In this document: one piece after another, positions 9,214 to 17,189 of the stretch
Layout of the letters: the number at the start of each line of letters is the position of its first letter
Numbering within the stretch: the stretch's first letter is position 1
From: an uncultured Candidatus Saccharibacteria bacterium
GTDB lineage: Bacteria > Patescibacteriota > Minisyncoccia > Phycocordibacterales > SIBU01
Direction of reading: 5' to 3'
DNA: 64,000 nucleotides
Assembly: GCA_964430335.1 (NCBI GenBank)
Contig: CAYSEN010000001.1
Coordinates: 1,653 to 65,652 of the forward strand
Program-made: the position numbers and the translations under genes
The notes under the pieces: model-generated
Databases searched by the model: none
The model's input: the letters and a program-made list of their open reading frames with translations, nothing else
What the model was told of the DNA's origin: nothing

Positions 9214-9789
9214 TTATGGGCCAACTCGGTACCGCCTGATGGGCCCGGGACCATTGAGGTCCCGGATCTCCCGGATTCCTCCGGGAGATCCCCAGTAACG
9301 GTACCCTCCAGGGGGCGTGGGTGGTTCCCAACTGTATCCAGGAACCGTACCACCCTGTGGAAGCACGACCGGGACAGCTGGTGGTGTCATGACAACACCT
9401 TGAGGTGGCTGGGACCAAACCTGCCCTGGAGGAGGCGTGGCCCAGCTTCGCTGGGGACCAAAATTGAACTGTCCGTTCGATCCTGCTTGCGCCTGCTGTG
9501 CAGACGCAAGCCCGTTGGTGCGAGCGTACTCATGCTCACGACGCTCGTACTCCATCTTCACCATCGCCTCCTCGTGTCGGAGGCGTGCCTCCTGCAGTGA
9601 CCGGACATGCCGGTCGTATTGCTTGCCGCCATTTTCTAGCACCCTCTGTTCGGGCTCTTGCCCAAACTGATAGGGGCCCTGTCCACGAACGGCGCGGACG
9701 TGCTCGACCCGTGGGGTCGACGAACAACCGGCGAGAAGTACGGCCATTGTGGCGACGATGACCGAACCGATGAATTTAAAGGTCTTCAT
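9214..9789 (-). CDS. lipoprotein, Pro/Gly-rich C-terminal half, high-GC (foreign composition)
   Basis: Signal peptide with lipobox VLLAGC. 38/60 G+C at 9301-9360 against ~35% in neighbouring genes. Overlapping ORFs in other frames are shadow ORFs. Confidence 0.7.
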   Translation of the reverse strand: MKTFKFIGSVIVATMAVLLAGCSSTPRVEHVRAVRGQGPYQFGQEPEQRVLENGGKQYDRHVRSLQEARLRHEEAMVKMEYERREHEYARTNGLASAQQAQAGSNGQFNFGPQRSWATPPPGQVWSQPPQGVVMTPPAVPVVLPQGGTVPGYSWEPPTPPGGYRYWGSPGGIREIRDLNGPGPIRRYRVGP

Positions 9790-9973
9790 AACACAGAATT
9801 TCTGTAATGGAGCATTTTGCTCCGGGTTGAATTGCAGGCGGATTTGCCTAATATAATAATAGCATTATTTGTGCTAAATGTCAATACATAGTTGGGCTCT
9901 AATCGCCTTGTTTTCCAACATTTTTTAGCCTTTTCCATTTGTGTAAAGATATAAAAAAAGCTAAAATCTTTGC

Positions 9974-11650
9974 ATGGTAATTCAATTTGACGAGGACAAA
10001 CAAAATCAAAAACTCGACACTCTCCGAAAAAAAGAAGAAGAAGACTTCGCAAAGGACACCGCTGAAAGACTTGGACTTGAATACATAAACCTAATTCTTG
10101 TACCCATAAACACCGAGGCACTAAAATTGGTGCCCGAGCAACAAGCCAGACAGGCGAAAATTGCCCCTTTTAACATTGTCGGAAAAAAAGTTCAGGTTGC
10201 AGTCTCCTCCCCCGAATCAAGCGCTACAGCAGAGGTTTTAGAATCACTATCGAAAAGCGGTTACAGCTTGATCGTGTTTGTAACAACTCACGAAAGCCTA
10301 GAAAAAGCTTGGGGCTACTACAAAGATCTTTCATACTCAACAGAATCGACCGCAGGAGCGCTCGACGTTTCAAGTGATGAAATCGGTCAGTTTCTATCTA
10401 AGGTACACTCCATTAAAGATATTGGTACCCTCATTGAAGATATACTTGCTCAGAAAAAAAGTTACAGAATCTCTCGCTTGATTGAGATCGTCCTTGCCGG
10501 AGCAATAGCAACACACGCTTCGGATATTCACATAGAACCAGAAGAAGGTTACGCAAGGCTCCGCTACAGACTTGATGGGGTTTTAAACGATGTTCTCAAA
10601 TTTGATAAGGAGACTTTTGACTTAGCCCTATCTAGAATCAAATTGCTTTCTGGTCTAAAGCTAAATGTTAAATCTGAAGCTCAGGACGGAAGATTTAGTG
10701 TAAAAATAAACGGTGATGATATTGAAATAAGAACCTCCCTGCTCCCAGGAGCTTACAGCGAATCAGTGGTAATGAGAATTCTTAACCCTAAATCGATCAA
10801 TGTGCCGATCGAATCGCTCGGCATTAACCCAAAACTTTTGGAAATTTTGCTACATGAAATTAGTAAACCTCACGGTATGATTCTCACCACAGGTCCTACA
10901 GGTAGCGGTAAAACTACAACGCTCTACGCTTTCCTTAAAAAAATTCACACTCCAGACATAAAGATTATTACGATTGAAGATCCTATCGAGTATCACTTAC
11001 CAGGAATTGTGCAAACTCAAACAAATTCTGAGAAGGGGTACACTTTCCTAGAAGGATTACGTAGCGCGCTTCGACAAGACCCAGACGTGATCATGGTTGG
11101 TGAAATCAGAGACAGCGAAACAGCTGAAATCGCAGTGAACGCCGCCGAAACAGGACACTTAGTGTTCTCTACTCTTCACACTAATACTGCAGCTGGTACA
11201 TTCCCACGCCTCGTAGACCTCGGAGTGAATCCAAAAACCATGGCCTCAGCAATCAATGTATCGATGGCTCAAAGATTGGTAAGAACCCTGTGCAAGGATT
11301 GTAAAAAAGAAGTTGCGATTACCGGAAAAGAAAAAACTCTGATTGATAACATCGTCGCCTCCCTTCCAGATCAAAGCGAAGTTACAAACACTGAAAAAAT
11401 GTGGGTTGAAAATGGTTGTGACAAATGCAATCACACAGGTTTTAAAGGAAGAGTCGGAATATATGAGGCAATTTTAATGAATGAAGTAATAGAAACCGTA
11501 GTAAGAGAAAATCCTAGTGAAAGAGAAATTCAAAAAGCTGCTCTACCACAAAAAATTCCGACAATGAAACAGGATGGAATCATAAAAGTCCTAAACGGTA
11601 CGACTTCCTTAGGAGAATTATCAAGAATAGTCGACCTAGAAAAAGAATAA
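9974..11650 (+). CDS. pilB: type II secretion/type IV pilus assembly ATPase (GspE/PilB family)
   Basis: Walker A GPTGSGKTTTLYA, Asp box, Walker B VIMVGEIRD, His box LVFSTLHTN, tetracysteine CKDC...CDKC. Confidence 0.85.
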   Translation: MVIQFDEDKQNQKLDTLRKKEEEDFAKDTAERLGLEYINLILVPINTEALKLVPEQQARQAKIAPFNIVGKKVQVAVSSPESSATAEVLESLSKSGYSLIVFVTTHESLEKAWGYYKDLSYSTESTAGALDVSSDEIGQFLSKVHSIKDIGTLIEDILAQKKSYRISRLIEIVLAGAIATHASDIHIEPEEGYARLRYRLDGVLNDVLKFDKETFDLALSRIKLLSGLKLNVKSEAQDGRFSVKINGDDIEIRTSLLPGAYSESVVMRILNPKSINVPIESLGINPKLLEILLHEISKPHGMILTTGPTGSGKTTTLYAFLKKIHTPDIKIITIEDPIEYHLPGIVQTQTNSEKGYTFLEGLRSALRQDPDVIMVGEIRDSETAEIAVNAAETGHLVFSTLHTNTAAGTFPRLVDLGVNPKTMASAINVSMAQRLVRTLCKDCKKEVAITGKEKTLIDNIVASLPDQSEVTNTEKMWVENGCDKCNHTGFKGRVGIYEAILMNEVIETVVRENPSEREIQKAALPQKIPTMKQDGIIKVLNGTTSLGELSRIVDLEKE

Positions 11651-11666
11651 CTTGCAAAAAATTGAA

Positions 11667-11700
11667 CAATACCGGCTCGACATGTGTCGAGCCGGTATTG
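11667..11700 (+). terminator. intrinsic terminator after the pilB-like gene
   Basis: caataccggctcgaca / tgtcgagccggtattg near-perfect palindrome, followed by a T-rich tail. Confidence 0.8.
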
Positions 11701-11807
11701 CTTTTCCTATTTTTCCTGTTGAAAACGTTTTTTTCGATTGCCTTTAAAAAAAAGCGATAGTACTATAAGTGCAGTAGTTTAATTTCAGAAGAAAGTTCTT
11801 CCAAAAC

Positions 11808-11955
11808 ATAAATCTCTAAGCAATACTTTTAATATGCGTACTAAAAGTTAAATATATCCCCAAGGATAGCCCCAGCAAATTACCGAAGTAATAACCAGAA
11901 CGTCCTCAAAAAAATATTAGGAAGCCTCGGAAGGCCTAATTGCTTAGAGATTTAT
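11808..11955. repeat. 148-nt unit closed by a perfect 17-bp inverted repeat
   Basis: ataaatctctaagcaat (11808-11824) and attgcttagagatttat (11939-11955). Internal hairpins: actttta/taaaagt, attac-cgaa-gtaat, gcct-cgga-aggc. Confidence 0.7.
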
Positions 11956-12078
11956 ATTTTGGATGACAATAATTCACCAAAAAAGAATTTTGACGAATCG
12001 GCAATAAAAAATACGCATAACTGCGCAAATGAATTAGCCTTTTAAGGACTGCAGAGAGTCTATCACACAAAAGATTTT

Positions 12079-13158
12079 ATGTCAAGAAAGTCTAACACAA
12101 AACGAGCAGAAAATGACTCCGAAGAAAACAACACACCTGATGAAAAAACCATAAAAGACAAGGTTTTTTCGGACGATGAAGGTTTTTTAGATCAAACTCT
12201 AAGACCAAGTCATTGGGACGAATATATCGGTCAAAAAAATATTAAGGAGAATTTGAGGATTCTTTTGACCGCTGCCGCTGAAAGAAAACACCCGCCGGAG
12301 CATCTTTTGTTTTACGGCCCTCCAGGATTGGGAAAAACTACCCTCGCCCACCTCATTGCCAAGGAAATTGGTGCACAAATCAAGATAACTTCAGGACCTG
12401 CCATTGAAAAAGTTGGAGATTTAGCATCCGTACTTACAAATTTGTCACCAGGAGACATTCTTTTTATCGATGAAATTCACCGTCTCAACAAAGCTATCGA
12501 GGAAGTGCTATATCCAGCAATGGAATCTGGTCAGCTCGACATCATAATCGGCAAAGGTCCATCAGCCCGCACAATCCAACTTGAACTTCCTCCTTTTACT
12601 CTAATCGCCGCAACTACACGCATCGCACTTCTCTCTTCCCCGCTACGATCACGCTTTGGCGGAGGAGTTTTCAGACTCGAATTTTATTCTGATGAAGAAA
12701 TAGAGGAAATTGTAAAAAGATCTGCAAAAATTTTAGGAGTGGCGGTAGAAAAAACCGCCTCGCAAGAAATTGCCAAGAGAAGTCGTTTCACTCCAAGAAC
12801 TGCAAACTATCTTTTAAAACGAGCCCGAGATTTTGCTCAGGTGAACAAAGGTGATCTTACAAAAGAGATCGTTGATAAATCACTAGCACTGCTCGGAATC
12901 GATGAGCTTGGACTTGGGCACTCAGACAGAGCGCTTCTAAATACACTTATAGAAAAATTTAACGGTGGCCCTGTTGGACTAAACACTTTAGCAGCAGCTC
13001 TTTCTGAGGAGCAAGCAACCATAGAAGAAGTTCATGAACCCTACCTTCTCCAACTTGGCCTGATCGAACGCACACCGAGAGGACGTGTCGCATCCGAAAA
13101 AGCATATCGTCATCTCAAAATCTCCGTTCCAAAAAATCTTCAAGAAAAGCTCCTGTAA
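12079..13158 (+). CDS. ruvB: Holliday junction branch migration ATPase RuvB
   Basis: LLFYGPPGLGKTTLAHLIA, Walker B ILFIDEIHRL and other RuvB-specific motifs. ~30-aa charged N-terminal extension. Confidence 0.95.
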   Translation: MSRKSNTKRAENDSEENNTPDEKTIKDKVFSDDEGFLDQTLRPSHWDEYIGQKNIKENLRILLTAAAERKHPPEHLLFYGPPGLGKTTLAHLIAKEIGAQIKITSGPAIEKVGDLASVLTNLSPGDILFIDEIHRLNKAIEEVLYPAMESGQLDIIIGKGPSARTIQLELPPFTLIAATTRIALLSSPLRSRFGGGVFRLEFYSDEEIEEIVKRSAKILGVAVEKTASQEIAKRSRFTPRTANYLLKRARDFAQVNKGDLTKEIVDKSLALLGIDELGLGHSDRALLNTLIEKFNGGPVGLNTLAAALSEEQATIEEVHEPYLLQLGLIERTPRGRVASEKAYRHLKISVPKNLQEKLL

Positions 13159-13165
13159 AACAGCC

Positions 13166-13208
13166 AAAATAAAAGCCGCCGCGACAAGGTCGCGGCGGCT
13201 TTTATTTT
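13166..13208 (+). terminator. intrinsic terminator after ruvB
   Basis: aaaataaaagccgccgcga-caagg-tcgcggcggcttttatttt. Confidence 0.85.
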
Positions 13209-13482
13209 TGTGTGCCGAAGAGAGAGATTGCGATCCAAAAAGGTTGAACCTTTTTGGATCTAAACACACATTTCACTCTGCATTTTGTGGGCTTGTGACC
13301 AGCATCAATCTCAAAGTTAAATATTTAGAATGATGGCTGCATTAAAATGTGGAGAATTTTCATCCAGCACAAATCACTTTGTGATGGATTAACCCTAAAT
13401 CGAAACTTGAGATTCTCCCGAACTCACGCTTCTCTTAACCTTCGCGGACTTTTATAAGGAGGTCCGCACCCCGTGAAATAGA

Positions 13483-13791
13483 TCAACCGCCTTGGCTGAC
13501 CCATCGCTTGGCGGCATCAAGAGCCTCTCCAGCGTTCTCGAAACAGACAATGTCCGTTTCGTTGTGCCAGAACTTAATCTGGTCTGTGGCGTTCGCCAGC
13601 GCATCCAGCACCTCGGCGTCCGTCACTATTTTTCGAGTCGGGTGTAAACCCCGACCGAAGAAGCGTTCGAAACAACCTTCGGAACCTCGAACGCCTGAAA
13701 TCTGGAATGTTCGGTCACCAACCTTCCATTCCAGAGATTTCCGATTCCCCTCCACCCAAATGCGGAGGAGGGCTAGTTGTGTGGTGTTCAT
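13483..13791 (-). CDS. hypothetical protein (high-GC island gene e)
   Basis: 102-aa ORF with island composition, same strand as the other island genes. No motif recognised. Confidence 0.55.
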   Translation of the reverse strand: MNTTQLALLRIWVEGNRKSLEWKVGDRTFQISGVRGSEGCFERFFGRGLHPTRKIVTDAEVLDALANATDQIKFWHNETDIVCFENAGEALDAAKRWVSQGG

Positions 13792-13816
13792 AATGAACAG
13801 GGTGTGGGGTAAAGCC

Positions 13817-14197
13817 CTACACCAACGAGATCAGACAGACCTCTTTTTCCGTCATGTCACCCATACACCCGTAAGGGCAGTGGCCCTTTGGGGTGACATC
13901 GTAATCGTAGGAGATTCCAATGTTGCCGCAAATGCAGCAGCCTCCTCCTGGGACCCACCACACACCGGCGATGGGTTGAAAAACTCCCGTAGGAGTCAGA
14001 TAGGCCAGGAGTCCTTCGGATTCCTGGCCGCTATAGACAAGACGCTTTTTTGCAGCGTCTAGCACGGGGACACACTCTTCCCCCTGTGTTACTGAGCCGT
14101 CGGCCCAGTAACAGACGTAGCGAGGAATCTCGTTCCTCGCCTGAAGAGAACGAAGCAATGCTTCGATCTCTTTTTTTGATTTTGTTGAACTACTCAT
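13817..14197 (-). CDS. hypothetical Cys-rich protein (high-GC island gene d)
   Basis: 126-aa ORF with clustered cysteines (GGGCCICG, HCPYGCMG). No family recognised. Confidence 0.55.
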   Translation of the reverse strand: MSSSTKSKKEIEALLRSLQARNEIPRYVCYWADGSVTQGEECVPVLDAAKKRLVYSGQESEGLLAYLTPTGVFQPIAGVWWVPGGGCCICGNIGISYDYDVTPKGHCPYGCMGDMTEKEVCLISLV

Positions 14198-14285
14198 AGA
14201 ATTTCATTTTCGAAAAATCAAAAACAAAATTCTATGAGTAGTGCTGAATACTGTCTTTAGATTTACCAACGTTTTGATAAACCCA

Positions 14286-14335
14286 ATAAACAGGAGAAGT
14301 TGTAACCGCAACTTCTCCAAACCTAACGACAATTT
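14286..14335 (-). repeat. island hairpin element, copy 1 (terminator-like)
   Basis: 10-bp stem ggagaagttg/caacttctcc with a 6-nt loop. ~50 nt near-identical to 16058-16109. Confidence 0.85.
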
Positions 14336-14481
14336 TTTCTCGGGATAGTCGTCCTTCCCATGACACTGCATGTCAGGCCACACCATTTAGAACGGTGGCA
14401 ACTTTCCAGCATTTTTCATGCCGGACTTTTACGCACTTCTGTTACGAAGGTGGTGCGATCCTTCGGATGTCTTTCCATCAG

Positions 14482-14805
14482 TCAGAGAGTGACGCGGATA
14501 GCCACAACCTCGTCGTCCGCACTGCATTTGAATATACCAAGTACCTGTTCAAGGCCGTTTGTGCGACGTTGAAAGTCTTGGTCATCATTTGCATTGTGAC
14601 GATTGGTGGCATTTTCATGCGCAGTCTTCGGGAAAAAACAAACGCAATAAACGCTGTCGTTCCAAAAACCTGAACATGAATCCTCATCACTCTCTCCCTC
14701 CAAAATCGCTTCTGGCACATAAGTGAAATCAAATGTACCGAAGGTATTTCGAGCAATCTTTATTGCCCGAATGATCTCAGAGGGATTAAGGCTAACTTCC
14801 TTCAT
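14482..14805 (-). CDS. hypothetical protein (high-GC island gene c)
   Basis: ATG at 14805 is preceded by GGGAGGAGAG at 7-nt spacing. The ORF-track version extends to 14874. Confidence 0.55.
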   Translation of the reverse strand: MKEVSLNPSEIIRAIKIARNTFGTFDFTYVPEAILEGESDEDSCSGFWNDSVYCVCFFPKTAHENATNRHNANDDQDFQRRTNGLEQVLGIFKCSADDEVVAIRVTL

Positions 14806-14923
14806 GGAAGCTCTCCTCCCACTTTTTTCACTGAAGTGGCAAACCGTCGAATGCAGTTCCGCCAAACAGCTCACGTTTTACGATAGGCAGTGAGGGCCTT
14901 TGAGAGACTGACGGTCTCTCAAA

Positions 14924-15853
14924 CTACTTGAGGTACTTCGTGAGCACCTCAACCACCCGCTCGACTGAAAGGGTCGAGCTGACACCCTGAGGGCTTCCGC
15001 CGATGGTCGGGGAACCTCCCCAACCCGGCTCGAGGGTCGCCAACTCGGCGAGCGCGGACTTGATGTCCGCGTACTTGCTGGCCTCGAAGGCGCAGATCGT
15101 GAACTTCCGGTGGGGCTCTCCCGCCCCGAGCCGAAAGCTCGGGTTGAGCGCCACCACGACCGGCGCCAGCGCATAGCCAACCGACGTGGCGGCGCGGTGC
15201 GTCGACTCGACGACCGCAATGCACCCGCCGGCACAAACCTCGTGCCGAATCGCTCCGCTCTCAAGAGCGGCGATCATGTCGGCGCGCTCGCGCTCAACCT
15301 GAGCGCGATAGTTGCCCGGCTCCTCGCCGGTCAACAACCACTTTTCCATAGTGGCGACCCGCTCCCCGAGTGGGATCTTGAAGTCCGCAACCGCCGCCGC
15401 AATCGCGGCGAGCGGTCGGGACGATTCGGCCCCTGCCGAGCTATCGTCCCACGGGCTGCCCCGGGTCGGGAGGGGTTTCGGGCCGGTGTACCCGCCACGT
15501 GCGAACTTGTCGGCGGCGGCAACCATACTGATCCGATCCATCGCGGACTCGAGACCTTCGCCCTTCGCCCGGATGTTGAAGATCGCCATCGCCCCAACAC
15601 TGTCGAGGTCGGCTCGCACAGTGACCAATGTCGCCCTCTCGGCCGGGATCTCTACCGTCAGCGCGGCCTCGATGGCCGAGCTGTTGGCGTCTCCTTCCGA
15701 TCCGTGCTGGGGGTCGAGGTTGTACACGCACCGAGCCGCAAGGCTCGGGACGGTCACCTCGATTCCGAACACCTGCCCGGACGAGAAAACCTTCTCGTTC
15801 GCCTCAGAGGCGGCCGGAAGATTGCGGGGATCCAGAATTGCAAAATGAAACAT
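14924..15853 (-). CDS. hypothetical protein, 309 aa (high-GC island gene b)
   Basis: Longest island ORF with sensible amino-acid composition, whereas overlapping frames are Arg/Pro/Gly-rich shadow ORFs. ATG at 15853 preceded by AGGTGA. Only a loose DHH/DHHA1-like motif spacing (RADLDSVGA ... GWGGSPTIGG). Confidence 0.65.
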   Translation of the reverse strand: MFHFAILDPRNLPAASEANEKVFSSGQVFGIEVTVPSLAARCVYNLDPQHGSEGDANSSAIEAALTVEIPAERATLVTVRADLDSVGAMAIFNIRAKGEGLESAMDRISMVAAADKFARGGYTGPKPLPTRGSPWDDSSAGAESSRPLAAIAAAVADFKIPLGERVATMEKWLLTGEEPGNYRAQVERERADMIAALESGAIRHEVCAGGCIAVVESTHRAATSVGYALAPVVVALNPSFRLGAGEPHRKFTICAFEASKYADIKSALAELATLEPGWGGSPTIGGSPQGVSSTLSVERVVEVLTKYLK

Positions 15854-16057
15854 TTTGTAATTCACCTATCTTCAAACAAAAGCAAAAAAATGTGACTATT
15901 TTGGTACACACTTATTTTGTTCTCACAAAACGCGGGTTTCTAAGTCGCGAATTGTGCCTGAATCGGATTTGTCGACAAGTGAGCGGGGGTCTAGACTGTC
16001 CCCATTCACCTGTCGAAACCAATTCGTGTCTACAGACTGGCAAAATTTGTCAGCCTG

Positions 16058-16109
16058 ATAAACAGGAGAAGTTGTAACCACAACTTCTCCAAAACCCGTG
16101 CGACAATTT
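16058..16109 (-). repeat. island hairpin element, copy 2
   Basis: Same stem as copy 1, with one loop difference (taacca vs taaccg). Flanks ataaaca... and ...cgacaattt are conserved. Confidence 0.85.
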
Positions 16110-16158
16110 ATCCATTTTGTGGAATAGGAAGTCGCCCTTCCTTTGTTGTTGGTCTGGA

Positions 16159-16557
16159 CTAGCGATATGTTGCATCTTTCCAGACTGTAAAACTACGACC
16201 TTCCGCGGTCGTAGTTTCGATGATCTGGTGACCGGGAGCTTCCCCGGTCTCAGCCAGAACCTCCTCATCCAGGCATTCCATCCTGGATGAAAGAGTGGTC
16301 AGCCGGAGATTCCCGGCCACGGCGAGTTTCTCGAACTCGCCGTTCATCTCGCGCAACTGCGCGAGACAGTAAGCCAGATGTTCTGGCGCATCTTCGACGC
16401 CTGTAGCATCGACCGATATCTCCGGACCGCACAGGCAGTCCGGAGATGTCTCATTCAGAAAGAGCAACTGCCCCCTCCGAACGAACCACAATTTCATTTT
16501 CATAAAATTGTAAAAAGGATGGTACCGCCAGCCAACATGGCCAGCGAACAAATACAA
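16159..16557 (-). CDS. hypothetical protein (high-GC island gene a)
   Basis: ORF of 114-132 aa. Start ambiguous: TTG at 16557 or ATG at 16503 (MKMKLWF...). Confidence 0.5.
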   Translation of the reverse strand: MYLFAGHVGWRYHPFYNFMKMKLWFVRRGQLLFLNETSPDCLCGPEISVDATGVEDAPEHLAYCLAQLREMNGEFEKLAVAGNLRLTTLSSRMECLDEEVLAETGEAPGHQIIETTTAEGRSFTVWKDATYR

Positions 16558-17189
16558 TCCCTCTTTCCGGCACTAAGTAAATCTAACGCCGGAGAAGAGG
16601 AATAACATTGCGGTTATTGCTTTGGCAAAATTTGTTCCGCCTTACTCCTTCCTCTCTATTTAGTTTTCAAATTACTTCCCTACTCTACCTATCACTTTCC
16701 GCAACTCGCGGACTTCCTGGTGTAAGGACATTTTGAAGTACAAAGTGGGTTAGACTTTACACTTCATCGATGTCCTGACGAGCCTTCTCGTCGACAACGG
16801 GCGATGAGTTTACCTTAAAGGTATATCTCCGTCATTTGGAATGGGTTTCGAAGCCAGACCATATGTAGAGCACTCATCATTCGAAACGAGATATTCAAAA
16901 GGCTGCCTCTCTCCCCACTCTCTCTTCTTTCCATACTTAGCCGCTTTCGCGGAGGCTATGGGACCTTCCCTTTCGGGCTAGAGGTGGGGGGCAATCTTTC
17001 GGCTATCTCCTGAACGAACTTGACTTTCTGGCAATAGAATATCTTAATTAGATAGCGAGTGTCAATTATTTATGACATAAAATGGCCGGTTATTGCAAAA
17101 TCTAGTAACAACATGGATTTTATGGCTTATCCACATATTACTATTGTCATATACTTGTGACAAAAACAGCTTTATGCTAGACTAAAAGT
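16558..17189. other. ORF-free, hairpin-dense region with strong purine/pyrimidine strand asymmetry (candidate leader/ncRNA or island end)
   Basis: No ORF of 60 aa or more. Helices at 16725-16776, 16777-16792 and 16941-16952. 26/27 pyrimidines at 16906-16932. DnaA box at 17127-17135. Confidence 0.4.

Noticed and set aside
11860-11945. Possible SRP (4.5S) RNA, because of GGAAG and AGCA strings and a closing long stem.
   Set aside because: The conserved helix 8 arrangement (tetraloop followed 3' by GGAAGCAGCC, with a 5' CAGG partner) is not present in either orientation.
14949-16077. Many overlapping ORFs on both strands inside the high-GC island (e.g. 15110-15895 +, 15312-15848 +, 14878-15264 -, 15441-15731 -).
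   Set aside because: Their products are Arg/Pro/Gly-rich low-complexity strings typical of stop-poor alternative frames in high-GC DNA. Only the 14924-15853 minus frame has a balanced composition and an SD-like site.
16038-16635. 13-nt exact repeats: TGGCAAAATTTGT (16038-16050 and 16623-16635) and ATGGCCTAAAATA (60288-60300 and 62698-62710).
   Set aside because: Exact 13-mers recur by chance many times in an AT-rich 64-kb window. There is no supporting context beyond an intergenic location.
16640-17020. The ORF-free structured region could be RNase P RNA or tmRNA, since rnpA is present and ncRNA genes often stand out as GC-richer in AT-rich genomes.
   Set aside because: The universal GGAAAGUCC core is absent; only GGAAGGUCC and GGAAGUCC variants occur on the minus strand. 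There is no ACAGA/CCGGCUUA-type 3' core, no tRNA-like T arm or acceptor end, and no Ala-rich tag ORF ending in a stop.
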